NCBI GenBank assembly: GCA_964372465.1
Contig: CAYJRA010000002.1
Coordinates: forward strand, 16,024 to 80,023
DNA: 64,000 nt
DNA from: an uncultured archaeon
Lineage (GTDB): Archaea > Aenigmatarchaeota > Aenigmatarchaeia > CG10238-14
Reading direction: 5' to 3'
Part shown: one piece after another, positions 55,654 through 63,526 of the stretch
Numbering within the stretch: position 1 is the first letter of the stretch
How the letters are laid out: each line of letters begins with the position of its first letter
Translations under genes and position numbers: made by a program
Notes under the pieces: model-generated
Database searches by the model: none
What the model was told of the DNA's origin: nothing
What the model saw: only the letters and a program-made list of their open reading frames with translations

Positions 55654-55748
55654 TAGCGAGAGGAAGATTTGAACTTCCGACCCCAGGGTTATGAGCCCTG
55701 TGAGCACTCCATTGCAGTTTGTTTTACAAAAGGCTGCTCCATCTCGCT
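55654..55748 (-). tRNA. initiator tRNA-Met(CAU) with a 20-nt insertion in the D-loop
   Basis: AGCGAGA TG GAGC AGCC[TTTTGTAAAACAAACTGCAA]TGGAGT GCTC A CAGGG CTCATAA CCCTG GGGTC GGAAG TTCAAAT CTTCC TCTCGCT A. A1:U72 and three G:C pairs closing the anticodon stem are initiator hallmarks. Confidence 0.8.
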
Positions 55749-55772
55749 ATGTCTTAACATATGAACAATTAA

Positions 55773-56849
55773 TCACTTAAAAACCTTTCTTTTAGCTAAT
55801 GAAATATAAACCTTTCTTCCCCGCGATCCACTTCTTCTTACCTTTTCATTTATGACACCGGTATTTTTTAAATAATTTAAATGGTGCCTAAATTGGACAT
55901 GGCTAATTTTCCCATACTGTTTTGAATATAGATCTCTCAATTCACTTGATGTAATAACATTTTGGGATTCAAGTAGTACAGCAATGTTTTTGTCAGTATC
56001 TTCCAACCTGTTTTTCATTATTTCTACTTTCATTGATTTTACTGATAATAATATTTTTTTGACATGATCAACAGTTATTCTATCAGAATTTTCGTCTTCT
56101 GCCAATCTACTGGCCTTTCTTAGGCATTCTATTCCAATCCTTACATCCCCGCCTCTGACTACAGCATGATTGGCACACAACAAAATCACACCTTCTTCAA
56201 CCACGCCACTTCTGAAAGCTTCTTTACATCTTTCAGTAAGAATTTTTTTCATCTCTTCCAAGGTGTAGGGTTTGAATTGTATTTCTTCTATATCCAAGCT
56301 GCTCATTATTCTTGGTTCCAAATTCATGAAAACATCCTTATAATTTGAGATGGCAACTATACCAACCTGATTTTCAACATATTGATTCAATCTAAGCAAA
56401 TCATACAATGCCTTTTCATCCCTTCTTATTAGTTGATCTATCTCATCCAAGCAGACAACAATACCTTTCTTTGTTTTTTTAATTCCATCAATTAATCTTT
56501 CCATTACTTCATCCTTTGAAACGCCTCTTCTTTGAACAAAGAATCCGAGTTCTGTAGTCAGTTTAGTTATTAATCCAAAAGAAGTGTTGTAATCCCACGT
56601 ATTGATATAAACTGGCTTGATTCCAGAATATTCTTCAAACTGCTTGAAGACGAATTTTACCGATGCTGTTTTGCCTATGCCAGGTGCCCCGTTTACAAAT
56701 ATATTCTGTGGCCTTCTTCCTTTGCTGGCAGGTTCTAAATTTTTAGCGATTAACTCAGTTTGCGATTCCCTGTGCGGGAGCATCTCAGGTAAATATTCTG
56801 GAGATAAAGCATTTTCATTTTTGTATATCTTTGATTCTTCGAACGCCAT
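55773..56849 (-). CDS. cdc6: Orc1/Cdc6 replication initiator
   Basis: Walker A GAPGIGKT, Walker B VVCLDEID, winged-helix C-terminus, 358 aa. Confidence 0.93.
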   Translation of the reverse strand: MAFEESKIYKNENALSPEYLPEMLPHRESQTELIAKNLEPASKGRRPQNIFVNGAPGIGKTASVKFVFKQFEEYSGIKPVYINTWDYNTSFGLITKLTTELGFFVQRRGVSKDEVMERLIDGIKKTKKGIVVCLDEIDQLIRRDEKALYDLLRLNQYVENQVGIVAISNYKDVFMNLEPRIMSSLDIEEIQFKPYTLEEMKKILTERCKEAFRSGVVEEGVILLCANHAVVRGGDVRIGIECLRKASRLAEDENSDRITVDHVKKILLSVKSMKVEIMKNRLEDTDKNIAVLLESQNVITSSELRDLYSKQYGKISHVQFRHHLNYLKNTGVINEKVRRSGSRGRKVYISLAKRKVFK

Positions 56850-56855
56850 AATTAA

Positions 56856-56898
56856 TTGATGTAAATAAATTAAGAAATAATAGTGTTTTTTACATCAA
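56856..56898. repeat. perfect 10-bp inverted repeat (TTGATGTAAA ... TTTACATCAA, 23-nt spacer) between the lysS stop and the cdc6 start
   Basis: Arms at 56856-56865 and 56889-56898, read directly from the sequence. Confidence 0.85.
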
Positions 56899-56902
56899 AA
56901 TC

Positions 56903-58444
56903 CTATTTCTTGACTACACTATCACTTTCTTTGTCTCCGAAAACATCAACCTTCTTCCCAGATCTTAATGCAGGAAATAGTATGACATCTCTGATTGAAG
57001 TGTTGTTCGTCAAAAGCATAGTCACTCTATCAATTCCAATACCAATGCCGCAGGTAGGTGGCATGCCATGCTCGATAGCTCTGATAAAATCTTCATCCAT
57101 TGGATGCGCTTCCTCATCCCCCGTTTTGCTTCTTTTCAATTCTTCTATAAAATTTTTTTTGAGTTGTATGGGGTCATTTATTTCAGAATAATTATTTCCG
57201 TATTCTTCGCCGCAAATATACATCTCAAATCTTTCTGTGAATGAGGGATCGTCTTTGCATTTTTTGGATAGCGCTGATATCTCTATCGGATAATCATAAA
57301 CTATTGTTGGCTGTATTAATTTTGATTCTACCAGTTCTTCAAAAATTGCCCCGATAACCTCGCCTTTCCTAACTCCATCTTTCACTTTTATTCCATTGTT
57401 TTTAGCGAATTTTATCAAGTCATTCAGCGAGCTATTCATCACGTCAGTGTTGGTGTGTTTTTTGATCGCATCAACCAATTTTATTCTTGTCCACGGTGGT
57501 TTCAAGTCTATCTTATTGCCATTGTATGTTATTTTCGTTGTTCCGATCGCTTTTTTTGCCGCATATGCTATCACATTTTCCACTAATTTCATCCCATCCC
57601 TATAATCGGCGTATGTTGTCATGGCTTCTACTTGTAAAAATTCTGGGTTGTGCATAGTGTCAACGCCTTCGTTTCTAAAATCAGGAGAGAATTCAAATAC
57701 CCTTTCAAATCCTCCCACAACAAGCCTTTTCAAATACATTTCGTTTGAAATTCTTAGATACATTTTCATATCCAATGTATTATGATGTGTGACAAAAGGT
57801 CGAGCAAACGCACCGCCATATATTGGTTGCAATATTGGCGTCTCCACCTCCACATATCCTTCTTTGACAAAATATTCTCTTATTGCTTGAATGATTTTGC
57901 TTCTTAATATGAAAGTTTTTTTGACTTCCGGGTTCATTATGAGATCCAAATATCTCTGCCTGTATCTCGATTCAACGTCCTTTAAGCCGAACCATTCTGA
58001 CGGAAGAGGTCTTAATGCCTTGCATAAGATATGGATTTTTTTTACCCATATACTCAGCTCGCCTTTATGCGTCTTGAAAACGAAACCGTCTACACCTATT
58101 ATATCTCCCGTATCTAGTTTCTCCAGTATTTTATATGGTTCTTCACCCAATGTATCAACGCTGAAATATGATTGCATTCTTCCAGAGAAGTCTTCAATGT
58201 CAGCAAACGAAGCCTTTCCATGCATTCTTATGCTTCTAATTCTACCCGCCGCCTTTACTTTTATTTTTTCAAGTTTTTGTCCGGCTTTTATTTTTGAATG
58301 TTTCTGTATTATTTCATTAATCATGTGGGAACGGTCATATCTGCTTCCAAAAGGATCTACGCCCATATATTTTAGATCTTCTAATTTTTTCTTCCTTTCT
58401 TCTATCATTTTTTCCAATGTTGTTTTCTGTTCCATATCATTCAT
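56903..58444 (-). CDS. lysS: lysyl-tRNA synthetase, class II
   Basis: OB anticodon-binding N-domain. Class II motif 2 FRNEGVDTMHNPEF and motif 3 GIGIGIDRVTMLL, 513 aa. Confidence 0.95.
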   Translation of the reverse strand: MNDMEQKTTLEKMIEERKKKLEDLKYMGVDPFGSRYDRSHMINEIIQKHSKIKAGQKLEKIKVKAAGRIRSIRMHGKASFADIEDFSGRMQSYFSVDTLGEEPYKILEKLDTGDIIGVDGFVFKTHKGELSIWVKKIHILCKALRPLPSEWFGLKDVESRYRQRYLDLIMNPEVKKTFILRSKIIQAIREYFVKEGYVEVETPILQPIYGGAFARPFVTHHNTLDMKMYLRISNEMYLKRLVVGGFERVFEFSPDFRNEGVDTMHNPEFLQVEAMTTYADYRDGMKLVENVIAYAAKKAIGTTKITYNGNKIDLKPPWTRIKLVDAIKKHTNTDVMNSSLNDLIKFAKNNGIKVKDGVRKGEVIGAIFEELVESKLIQPTIVYDYPIEISALSKKCKDDPSFTERFEMYICGEEYGNNYSEINDPIQLKKNFIEELKRSKTGDEEAHPMDEDFIRAIEHGMPPTCGIGIGIDRVTMLLTNNTSIRDVILFPALRSGKKVDVFGDKESDSVVKK

Positions 58445-58679
58445 TTATATCGCCTAGAATTTTAAAGTATCATCTATTGTCTCTTTTGCACTTTCAACAA
58501 TTATTAGGATTTTATTTTGTTTCAAAAATTTAATGTAGTGCGGACTAGAGAAAAATTCAGAATTATTGGATCTTTTGATATCCACCCATTTTTGATCAGT
58601 TTATAATTTTTGAAATAAAGAATTTAAACTTGATTTTTGTCGCAAAAGATTAAATTTTAGATCAACAGATTGTTATCTT

Positions 58680-59891
58680 ATGACGAAATTTTCATTTAGA
58701 ATTGGATTTGAAGATGCGAAGTCGGGGGCCAGAGTAGGCGAAATAAAAACACCCCACGGCAGAATTAATACGCCCGCTTATGTGCCAGTGGCGACCAATG
58801 CTTCTGTCAAATCTCTTACGTCTGATGACATGGAAGAATTGAATGCAGAAATTTTGTTTGCAAACACGTTTCATCTTTATCTGAGGCCAGGCAACGAAAC
58901 AATAGAAGCATTTGATGGTTTGCATAATTTTATGAAGTGGAACAAACCCATCATAACAGATAGTGGCGGTTTTCAAGCATTCAGTCTTGGGTATGGTTTG
59001 CAGCATGGCGTTGGAAAGATAAGTGGCAATGTTTTTCCAGACGAAAATCCAGTCAAACCAAAATCCAGAACCAATATTAAAAAATTCGCTTTTATAAATG
59101 ATGATGGTATTATATTCAGGTCTCCATATGACGGCAAGAAGGTTTTCCTTACGCCACAGCTTTCAATAGAAATTCAAAAAATTCTTGGAGCAGACATAAT
59201 TTTAGCTTTGGACGAATGCACTTCACCTTTGAGTGATTATGAGTATACCAAAAAAGCAATGATTAGAACTCACAGGTGGGCGCAACTTTCTTTGGATAGC
59301 AGAACTACTGACCAAGCAATATTTGGAATTATACAAGGTGGTGAGTATAAAGATTTGAGAGAAGAAAGTGCGAAATTTATTTCATCCTTACCTTTTGATG
59401 GGATAGCTATAGGAGGGTCATTGGGTAAATCTAAAAAAGATATGCATAACATTCTTGATTGGACAATTCCATTATTGCCTTACGATAAGCCGAGGCATCT
59501 TTTGGGTATAGGATACGTAGATGATCTCTTTAACTGTATAGAAAAGGGTGTTGACATGTTCGATTGTGTGATACCAACTAGATTGGGTAGAGCGGGCTTC
59601 TTTTTTGTACCTTCTGAAGAAGGTGGCAATGTTGGCAATAAATTTAGAATTGACATACAGAGATCGAAATTCAAAGACGATAAAAAATCCGTCAGTGAAA
59701 GTTGCAAGTGCTACACATGCTCTAATTTCAGCAAAGCATACTTAAGGCATCTGTATGTTGCGAAAGAACTTACCTTTTATCGTTTAGTAAGCTTGCATAA
59801 TATGAATTTCTTTTTGAGACTTATGGAAAAAATAAGAGAATCTATTAAAGAGAATTCGTTTAACAAATTGAAGAATGAGTGGCTGAAATAA
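58680..59891 (+). CDS. tgt: tRNA-guanine transglycosylase, bacterial (queuine/preQ1) type architecture
   Basis: Collinear with bacterial Tgt: TPAYVPV, NTFHLYLRPG, ITDSGGFQAFSLG, LDECTS, DMFDCVIPTR, Zn site CKCYTCSNFSKAYLRHL. 403 aa, with no archaeosine-type C-terminal domains. Confidence 0.88.
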   Translation: MTKFSFRIGFEDAKSGARVGEIKTPHGRINTPAYVPVATNASVKSLTSDDMEELNAEILFANTFHLYLRPGNETIEAFDGLHNFMKWNKPIITDSGGFQAFSLGYGLQHGVGKISGNVFPDENPVKPKSRTNIKKFAFINDDGIIFRSPYDGKKVFLTPQLSIEIQKILGADIILALDECTSPLSDYEYTKKAMIRTHRWAQLSLDSRTTDQAIFGIIQGGEYKDLREESAKFISSLPFDGIAIGGSLGKSKKDMHNILDWTIPLLPYDKPRHLLGIGYVDDLFNCIEKGVDMFDCVIPTRLGRAGFFFVPSEEGGNVGNKFRIDIQRSKFKDDKKSVSESCKCYTCSNFSKAYLRHLYVAKELTFYRLVSLHNMNFFLRLMEKIRESIKENSFNKLKNEWLK

Positions 59892-59897
59892 ACAAAA

Positions 59898-59925
59898 AAG
59901 GCAAGAAATTAATGTTTCCTGCCTT
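59898..59925. terminator. hairpin (10 of 11 bp, 6-nt loop) flanked by T-runs on both strands; candidate bidirectional terminator
   Basis: AAGGCAAGAAA ttaatg TTTCCTGCCTT, 6 nt after the tgt stop. Followed by TATTTATTATCTTTTTT on the plus strand and CTTTTTTGTTTATTT on the minus strand. Confidence 0.4.
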
Positions 59926-59934
59926 AGGTATTTA

Positions 59935-59985
59935 TTATCTTTTTTCTCCCTCATTTCTTCTCGAAGATTTTCTCCTTGCTGCCAC
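59935..59985 (-). CDS. candidate 16-codon basic mini-ORF (speculative)
   Basis: GGAGGTG SD 6 nt upstream of GTG. (M)AARRKSSRRNEGEKR, double stop TAATAA, then the hairpin. Confidence 0.2.
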   Translation of the reverse strand: MAARRKSSRRNEGEKR

Positions 59986-60053
59986 CTTTTACACCTCCTT
60001 TTGATAGTTAAAATATAATATAATTTGATAAAAGTTGTATATAAAAAATTTCG

Positions 60054-60176
60054 TCAGCCTTTATGATTCGTTCTTTTTAAAGACGAAAAATTTAACAGTG
60101 CTATAATGATAACGGCAATACCCGTTACAAGAGCGAATATTTTTGCTGACCAGGGATCCATTGAGCTACCGATCAT
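60054..60176 (-). CDS. candidate 40-aa single-TM protein (speculative)
   Basis: MIGSSMDPWSAKIFALVTGIAVIIIALLNFSSLKRTNHKG*. No clear SD. Confidence 0.25.
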   Translation of the reverse strand: MIGSSMDPWSAKIFALVTGIAVIIIALLNFSSLKRTNHKG

Positions 60177-60225
60177 TATTAATGAGAGTTTAGAAATTTG
60201 TTAGTTGTAATCGAGAAAAGGTTGT

Positions 60226-60675
60226 TTATTTCTTAAATGATTTTGCCAATATTTTATCTAACCAAACACAATTAATTCCTCTATTAAAATTATTTTTGAC
60301 ATAAAAACCAATAGCTGGTTCATCTTTTGATTCTACCAAAGCGCATACATATTCGCAATTTACTTTTTCTAACTGGTCTAACAGCGATTCTAATAATTTT
60401 TTCCCGATGTTCTGGCCTCTAAATTCTGGTTTGACAAAAATATTTTCAATTATTGCCTTACTGAAATTTGGATTGTAATTAGCTATAACAAAACCTACAA
60501 TCTCACTATTTTCTTCTGCTATAAAAATAAAATCTGTTTTACTTTTAACACACCTTTTTAATATTTTCTCCGGCCAGAACGTAACTACCTCATCGCTAAC
60601 TTCAAACTCGTTAACAGCACTCCCCAGATTAAAAATTTCATCAATATCAGAAAGTTTTGCTTTTCTCACATCCAT
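60226..60675 (-). CDS. GNAT-family N-acetyltransferase
   Basis: Acetyl-CoA motif VKPEFRGQNIGKKLLESLL, 149 aa. Confidence 0.85.
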   Translation of the reverse strand: MDVRKAKLSDIDEIFNLGSAVNEFEVSDEVVTFWPEKILKRCVKSKTDFIFIAEENSEIVGFVIANYNPNFSKAIIENIFVKPEFRGQNIGKKLLESLLDQLEKVNCEYVCALVESKDEPAIGFYVKNNFNRGINCVWLDKILAKSFKK

Positions 60676-60828
60676 ACATATTTAATAAAAATTTCATTTA
60701 TATAAATCTAAAAAATCACCCTCTTGACTTAATTCTATGGATCTGTTTCCATTCAAATAATATGAACAATAATTTGGATATTATCGGAAGATTTATACAA
60801 TATATAACTAAAAATTTAATATAGTTTC

Positions 60829-61797
60829 ATGAGAATCAAAATTGATTCTATAAACAACATGATTCGAAGGCTAGGAAGAGACGAACAAGATTCGCCAGTC
60901 AGAATTTTTTTTTCTGTTCTTTCAAATTTCTTAAATGAAAATTATTTTAGAAATATTTTGATAAAAATATTAGAAAAAAGACCAACAATTACTGACGAGC
61001 ATTTATCATATTTAATTTACATATCTCTACAATACCTAACAAAATTTGCTTATGATAAAATAACTAGAAAAGAGAAACTAAAAAAAGATCTAGTAAATTA
61101 TTCAAGTCAAATAATAAAATTGTGCCAAACAAAATATGCTTCTACCAATGTCATTGAACGTTATGCATTACTGCAAATAATTCTTGGAATGATCAATAAG
61201 AAATGCGTGGTAATTGATTTATGTGCTAGTATCGGACTTGGTTTGACGTCATTAAACACGAATAAATTTTCTAATATCAAAACAGGTTCTAAATTACAAC
61301 ATTATTTAAAGAAAAAGGTAAAAATTTCAAAGGCAATAGGAGTTGATATTCAGAAACCAGATTTAAAATGGCAACTAGCCTGTTATTTACCAGAAACTAA
61401 GAAGAATAGAATTAAGTTGAAAAAAGATTACAATAAATTAACAAAAATTGGAACTAGAGTTAATCTCATTCAAGCCAATATTTTGGATCTAGATAAAATT
61501 TCTTTACCGAAAGCAGATGTAATTTGGACTAGTAATGCGTTCTATCAAATTGAAGGAGACATTAACAAATTAACTAAAAATATTCGAAGCCTACTAAGAG
61601 AAAAGGGTGTTTGGATTAATGCTGATTATAGATATGAAAACAAAAAATTCGCAACAATTACAAATCCTTATGTTGCTATGATTCGAAAAAGGGAAAACTG
61701 GGATAAAGTATTAGAAGTTTTAGAAGCACCTTCTGATGTTGTAAGAAACATAAAATCAGGGAAAGATTTTGAAAAATTCAAGTCTTTTTGCGAATAG
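60829..61797 (+). CDS. hypothetical protein, possibly a methyltransferase-fold (DUF2332-like) protein
   Basis: 322 aa. VVIDLCASIGLGL resembles a nucleotide/SAM-binding loop. Weak call. Confidence 0.45.
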   Translation: MRIKIDSINNMIRRLGRDEQDSPVRIFFSVLSNFLNENYFRNILIKILEKRPTITDEHLSYLIYISLQYLTKFAYDKITRKEKLKKDLVNYSSQIIKLCQTKYASTNVIERYALLQIILGMINKKCVVIDLCASIGLGLTSLNTNKFSNIKTGSKLQHYLKKKVKISKAIGVDIQKPDLKWQLACYLPETKKNRIKLKKDYNKLTKIGTRVNLIQANILDLDKISLPKADVIWTSNAFYQIEGDINKLTKNIRSLLREKGVWINADYRYENKKFATITNPYVAMIRKRENWDKVLEVLEAPSDVVRNIKSGKDFEKFKSFCE

Positions 61798-62293
61798 ATT
61801 CCAACCATCTGTTTAATGCGATAAAAAACTTTCTGTTTCTTTCCATGTATTTTTCTCTTTCTTCTCCAACATCTTTAGTTATAAAAACAGAACTCTCTTG
61901 CGGAGAAAGAGTTTTTATAGGAATAACCGCAAGTTTTGTATCAGTTGAACCATCCCATTCTGCAATAGGGATTGTAGGCCATTTTATTCTGCTGTCCCAA
62001 TTTGGATCAACTATTATCCATTTACCACCTTCAGGTATCCAAACTTCTAAATATTCATGTGTTTCTGGATCATCGTGCGGCAATTTCATCAGTTCATCTG
62101 GTAAATCCAAATTTTTCCATCTGAATTCACAGATTATATGTCTACTTTTCAGTCCAATTGTCCGAAATAATCTATCTAGAATTTCTGGTTTTGTGACACA
62201 TTCATAACCTTGCTCGCCATCGAGGCCTAGATAAAAAGGTATGTCTCTAACCATTTTGAATAATCTTATCCTTTCAACAATTTGAGGGTCCAT
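61778..62293 (-). CDS. transglutaminase-like cysteine peptidase-fold protein
   Basis: Ordered Cys (GYECVTK), His (THEYLEVWIP) and Asp (IIVDPNWD) are typical of the transglutaminase-core triad. Confidence 0.65.
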   Translation of the reverse strand: MDPQIVERIRLFKMVRDIPFYLGLDGEQGYECVTKPEILDRLFRTIGLKSRHIICEFRWKNLDLPDELMKLPHDDPETHEYLEVWIPEGGKWIIVDPNWDSRIKWPTIPIAEWDGSTDTKLAVIPIKTLSPQESSVFITKDVGEEREKYMERNRKFFIALNRWLESIRKKT

Positions 62294-62330
62294 GATAGTT
62301 TCTATTATTTGATAAAAATAAATTCTTATT

Positions 62331-62930
62331 TCAGTCTTCTTCCCAGAAGAATTTTACTTTCTTTTTTTGGAATCCGAAGAATTTGACTAGAATAAAGCCC
62401 ACTATCATCCCACCTAGGTGGCCGTAATTAGATACTCCTGGTTCCAGTCCGGTTATACCAAATACAATTTGCAATAGTCCTACTATAATTATGAATACAA
62501 TAGCTGGCATAGGGATTATCATCTGAAAATAAATTGTTTGTCTCGGAAACATCAACCCATACGCTGTCATAACACCAAATATAGCTCCAGAGGCACCTAT
62601 CAATGGAGTATCGCTGATTCCTGTTAAGAGAATATGGAATATTCCAGAACTGATTCCCGTAATTATATAGAATAATATGAACTTCCTTTTCCCCATAACA
62701 TATTCGATCGTGGGTCCAAACATGAACAAACCCCACATATTTAATAGTATATGTTCAATGCTCCCGTGGACAAACATGAAAGTGAAAAATTGCCATATCC
62801 TAAGTTTGAATATCGCTTCTGTAGGCGTTAACGCAATATAATCTATTGTATCTCTAAACAGCAATGTAATTACGAATACTGCAAAATTTGCAACAATCAA
62901 TTTTCCCGTAACTGTCTTGAGAAAACTCAT
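62331..62930 (-). CDS. rhomboid-family intramembrane serine protease
   Basis: HGSIEHILLNMW, GASGAIFG (catalytic Ser) and GHLGGMIVG (catalytic His). 6 TM. Confidence 0.9.
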   Translation of the reverse strand: MSFLKTVTGKLIVANFAVFVITLLFRDTIDYIALTPTEAIFKLRIWQFFTFMFVHGSIEHILLNMWGLFMFGPTIEYVMGKRKFILFYIITGISSGIFHILLTGISDTPLIGASGAIFGVMTAYGLMFPRQTIYFQMIIPMPAIVFIIIVGLLQIVFGITGLEPGVSNYGHLGGMIVGFILVKFFGFQKKKVKFFWEED

Positions 62931-62934
62931 ACTA

Positions 62935-63354
62935 TCAAAGATAATTTTGTATTAGATCTTTAACAATTTTTTCATTCCCTTTAATCATTTCTAACTTTTC
63001 CATCTCTTTTAATTCAAACCATCCAAAATCTTCTGCTTCATCGTTTATTCTGACATTGTTATTTTTTGTTCCGCAAATATACGTAATCAAAATTACATGT
63101 TTCTTAAAATTCGGTATTTCAAATAAAATTGAATATATGTTGAATAACTGCCACGACTCCAATTCTAAATTCACTTCTTCCTTTAGTCCTCTTCTCAAAC
63201 AACCAATAGGATCTTCATTAAATTTCACAGTTTCGCCGACAAACCCCCATTTACCGCCCTCAAATCTCTTTTTAGAATGTCTTTTAGTCAACAGAAACTT
63301 GTTATCATTTTTGACAATCGCTAAGACGCCAACAACAGTTTTTTTCTCTTCCAT
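62935..63354 (-). CDS. Nudix hydrolase
   Basis: Nudix box GETVKFNEDPIGCLRRGLKEEVNL. I start at MEEKKTVVG (ATG 63354), because the longer track ORF overlaps the tRNA. Confidence 0.85.
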   Translation of the reverse strand: MEEKKTVVGVLAIVKNDNKFLLTKRHSKKRFEGGKWGFVGETVKFNEDPIGCLRRGLKEEVNLELESWQLFNIYSILFEIPNFKKHVILITYICGTKNNNVRINDEAEDFGWFELKEMEKLEMIKGNEKIVKDLIQNYL

Positions 63355-63373
63355 AGATTCACATAAAAATTTA

Positions 63374-63481
63374 TGGGCCGGGCGCGATTCGAACACGCGA
63401 CCGCTGGTTTTTACGCTCAGAGGCCTTATAAGACCAGTGCTCTTTCTGTTCCGAAAGATAGCCAGGCTGAGCTACCGGCCC
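63374..63481 (-). tRNA. tRNA-Ile(UAU) candidate with about 17-nt anticodon-loop intron and about 16-nt D-loop insertion
   Basis: GGGCCGG TA GCTC AGCCTGGCTATCTTTCGGAACAGAAA GAGC A CTGGT CTTATAAGGCCTCTGAGCGTAAAA ACCAG CGGTC GCGTG TTCGAAT CGCGC CCGGCCC A. A 7-nt loop can only be CUUAUAA (UAU) or CUUAAAA (UAA). The short variable arm argues against Leu. Confidence 0.7.
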
Positions 63482-63526
63482 ATATGATTTATTAAGTTTT
63501 CTTATGACAAATATTTAAATGATAGT

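Noticed and set aside
55618-55707. N-terminal extensions of the track ORFs 55087..55707 and 62935..63396
   Set aside because: The extra codons run through tRNA genes (55654..55748 and 63374..63481). Internal ATGs give normal-looking N-termini.
57891-58457. 188-aa ORF, and many similar 60-170-aa ORFs in the track (e.g. 283..492, 1961..2215, 7453..7860, 15775..16173, 36842..37297, 49297..49797, 53623..54000)
   Set aside because: They lie antisense to, or out of frame within, genes with clear family motifs. Their translations are low-complexity Ser/Phe/Ile/Leu-rich strings typical of the reverse strand of AT-rich coding DNA.
55708-58679. Replication origin next to orc1/cdc6
   Set aside because: I looked for repeated ORB or mini-ORB elements and a flanked AT-rich unwinding element in 55708-55772, 56850-56902 and 58445-58679. 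I saw only one 10-bp inverted repeat and scattered TTTTGAT words, which is not enough to call an origin.
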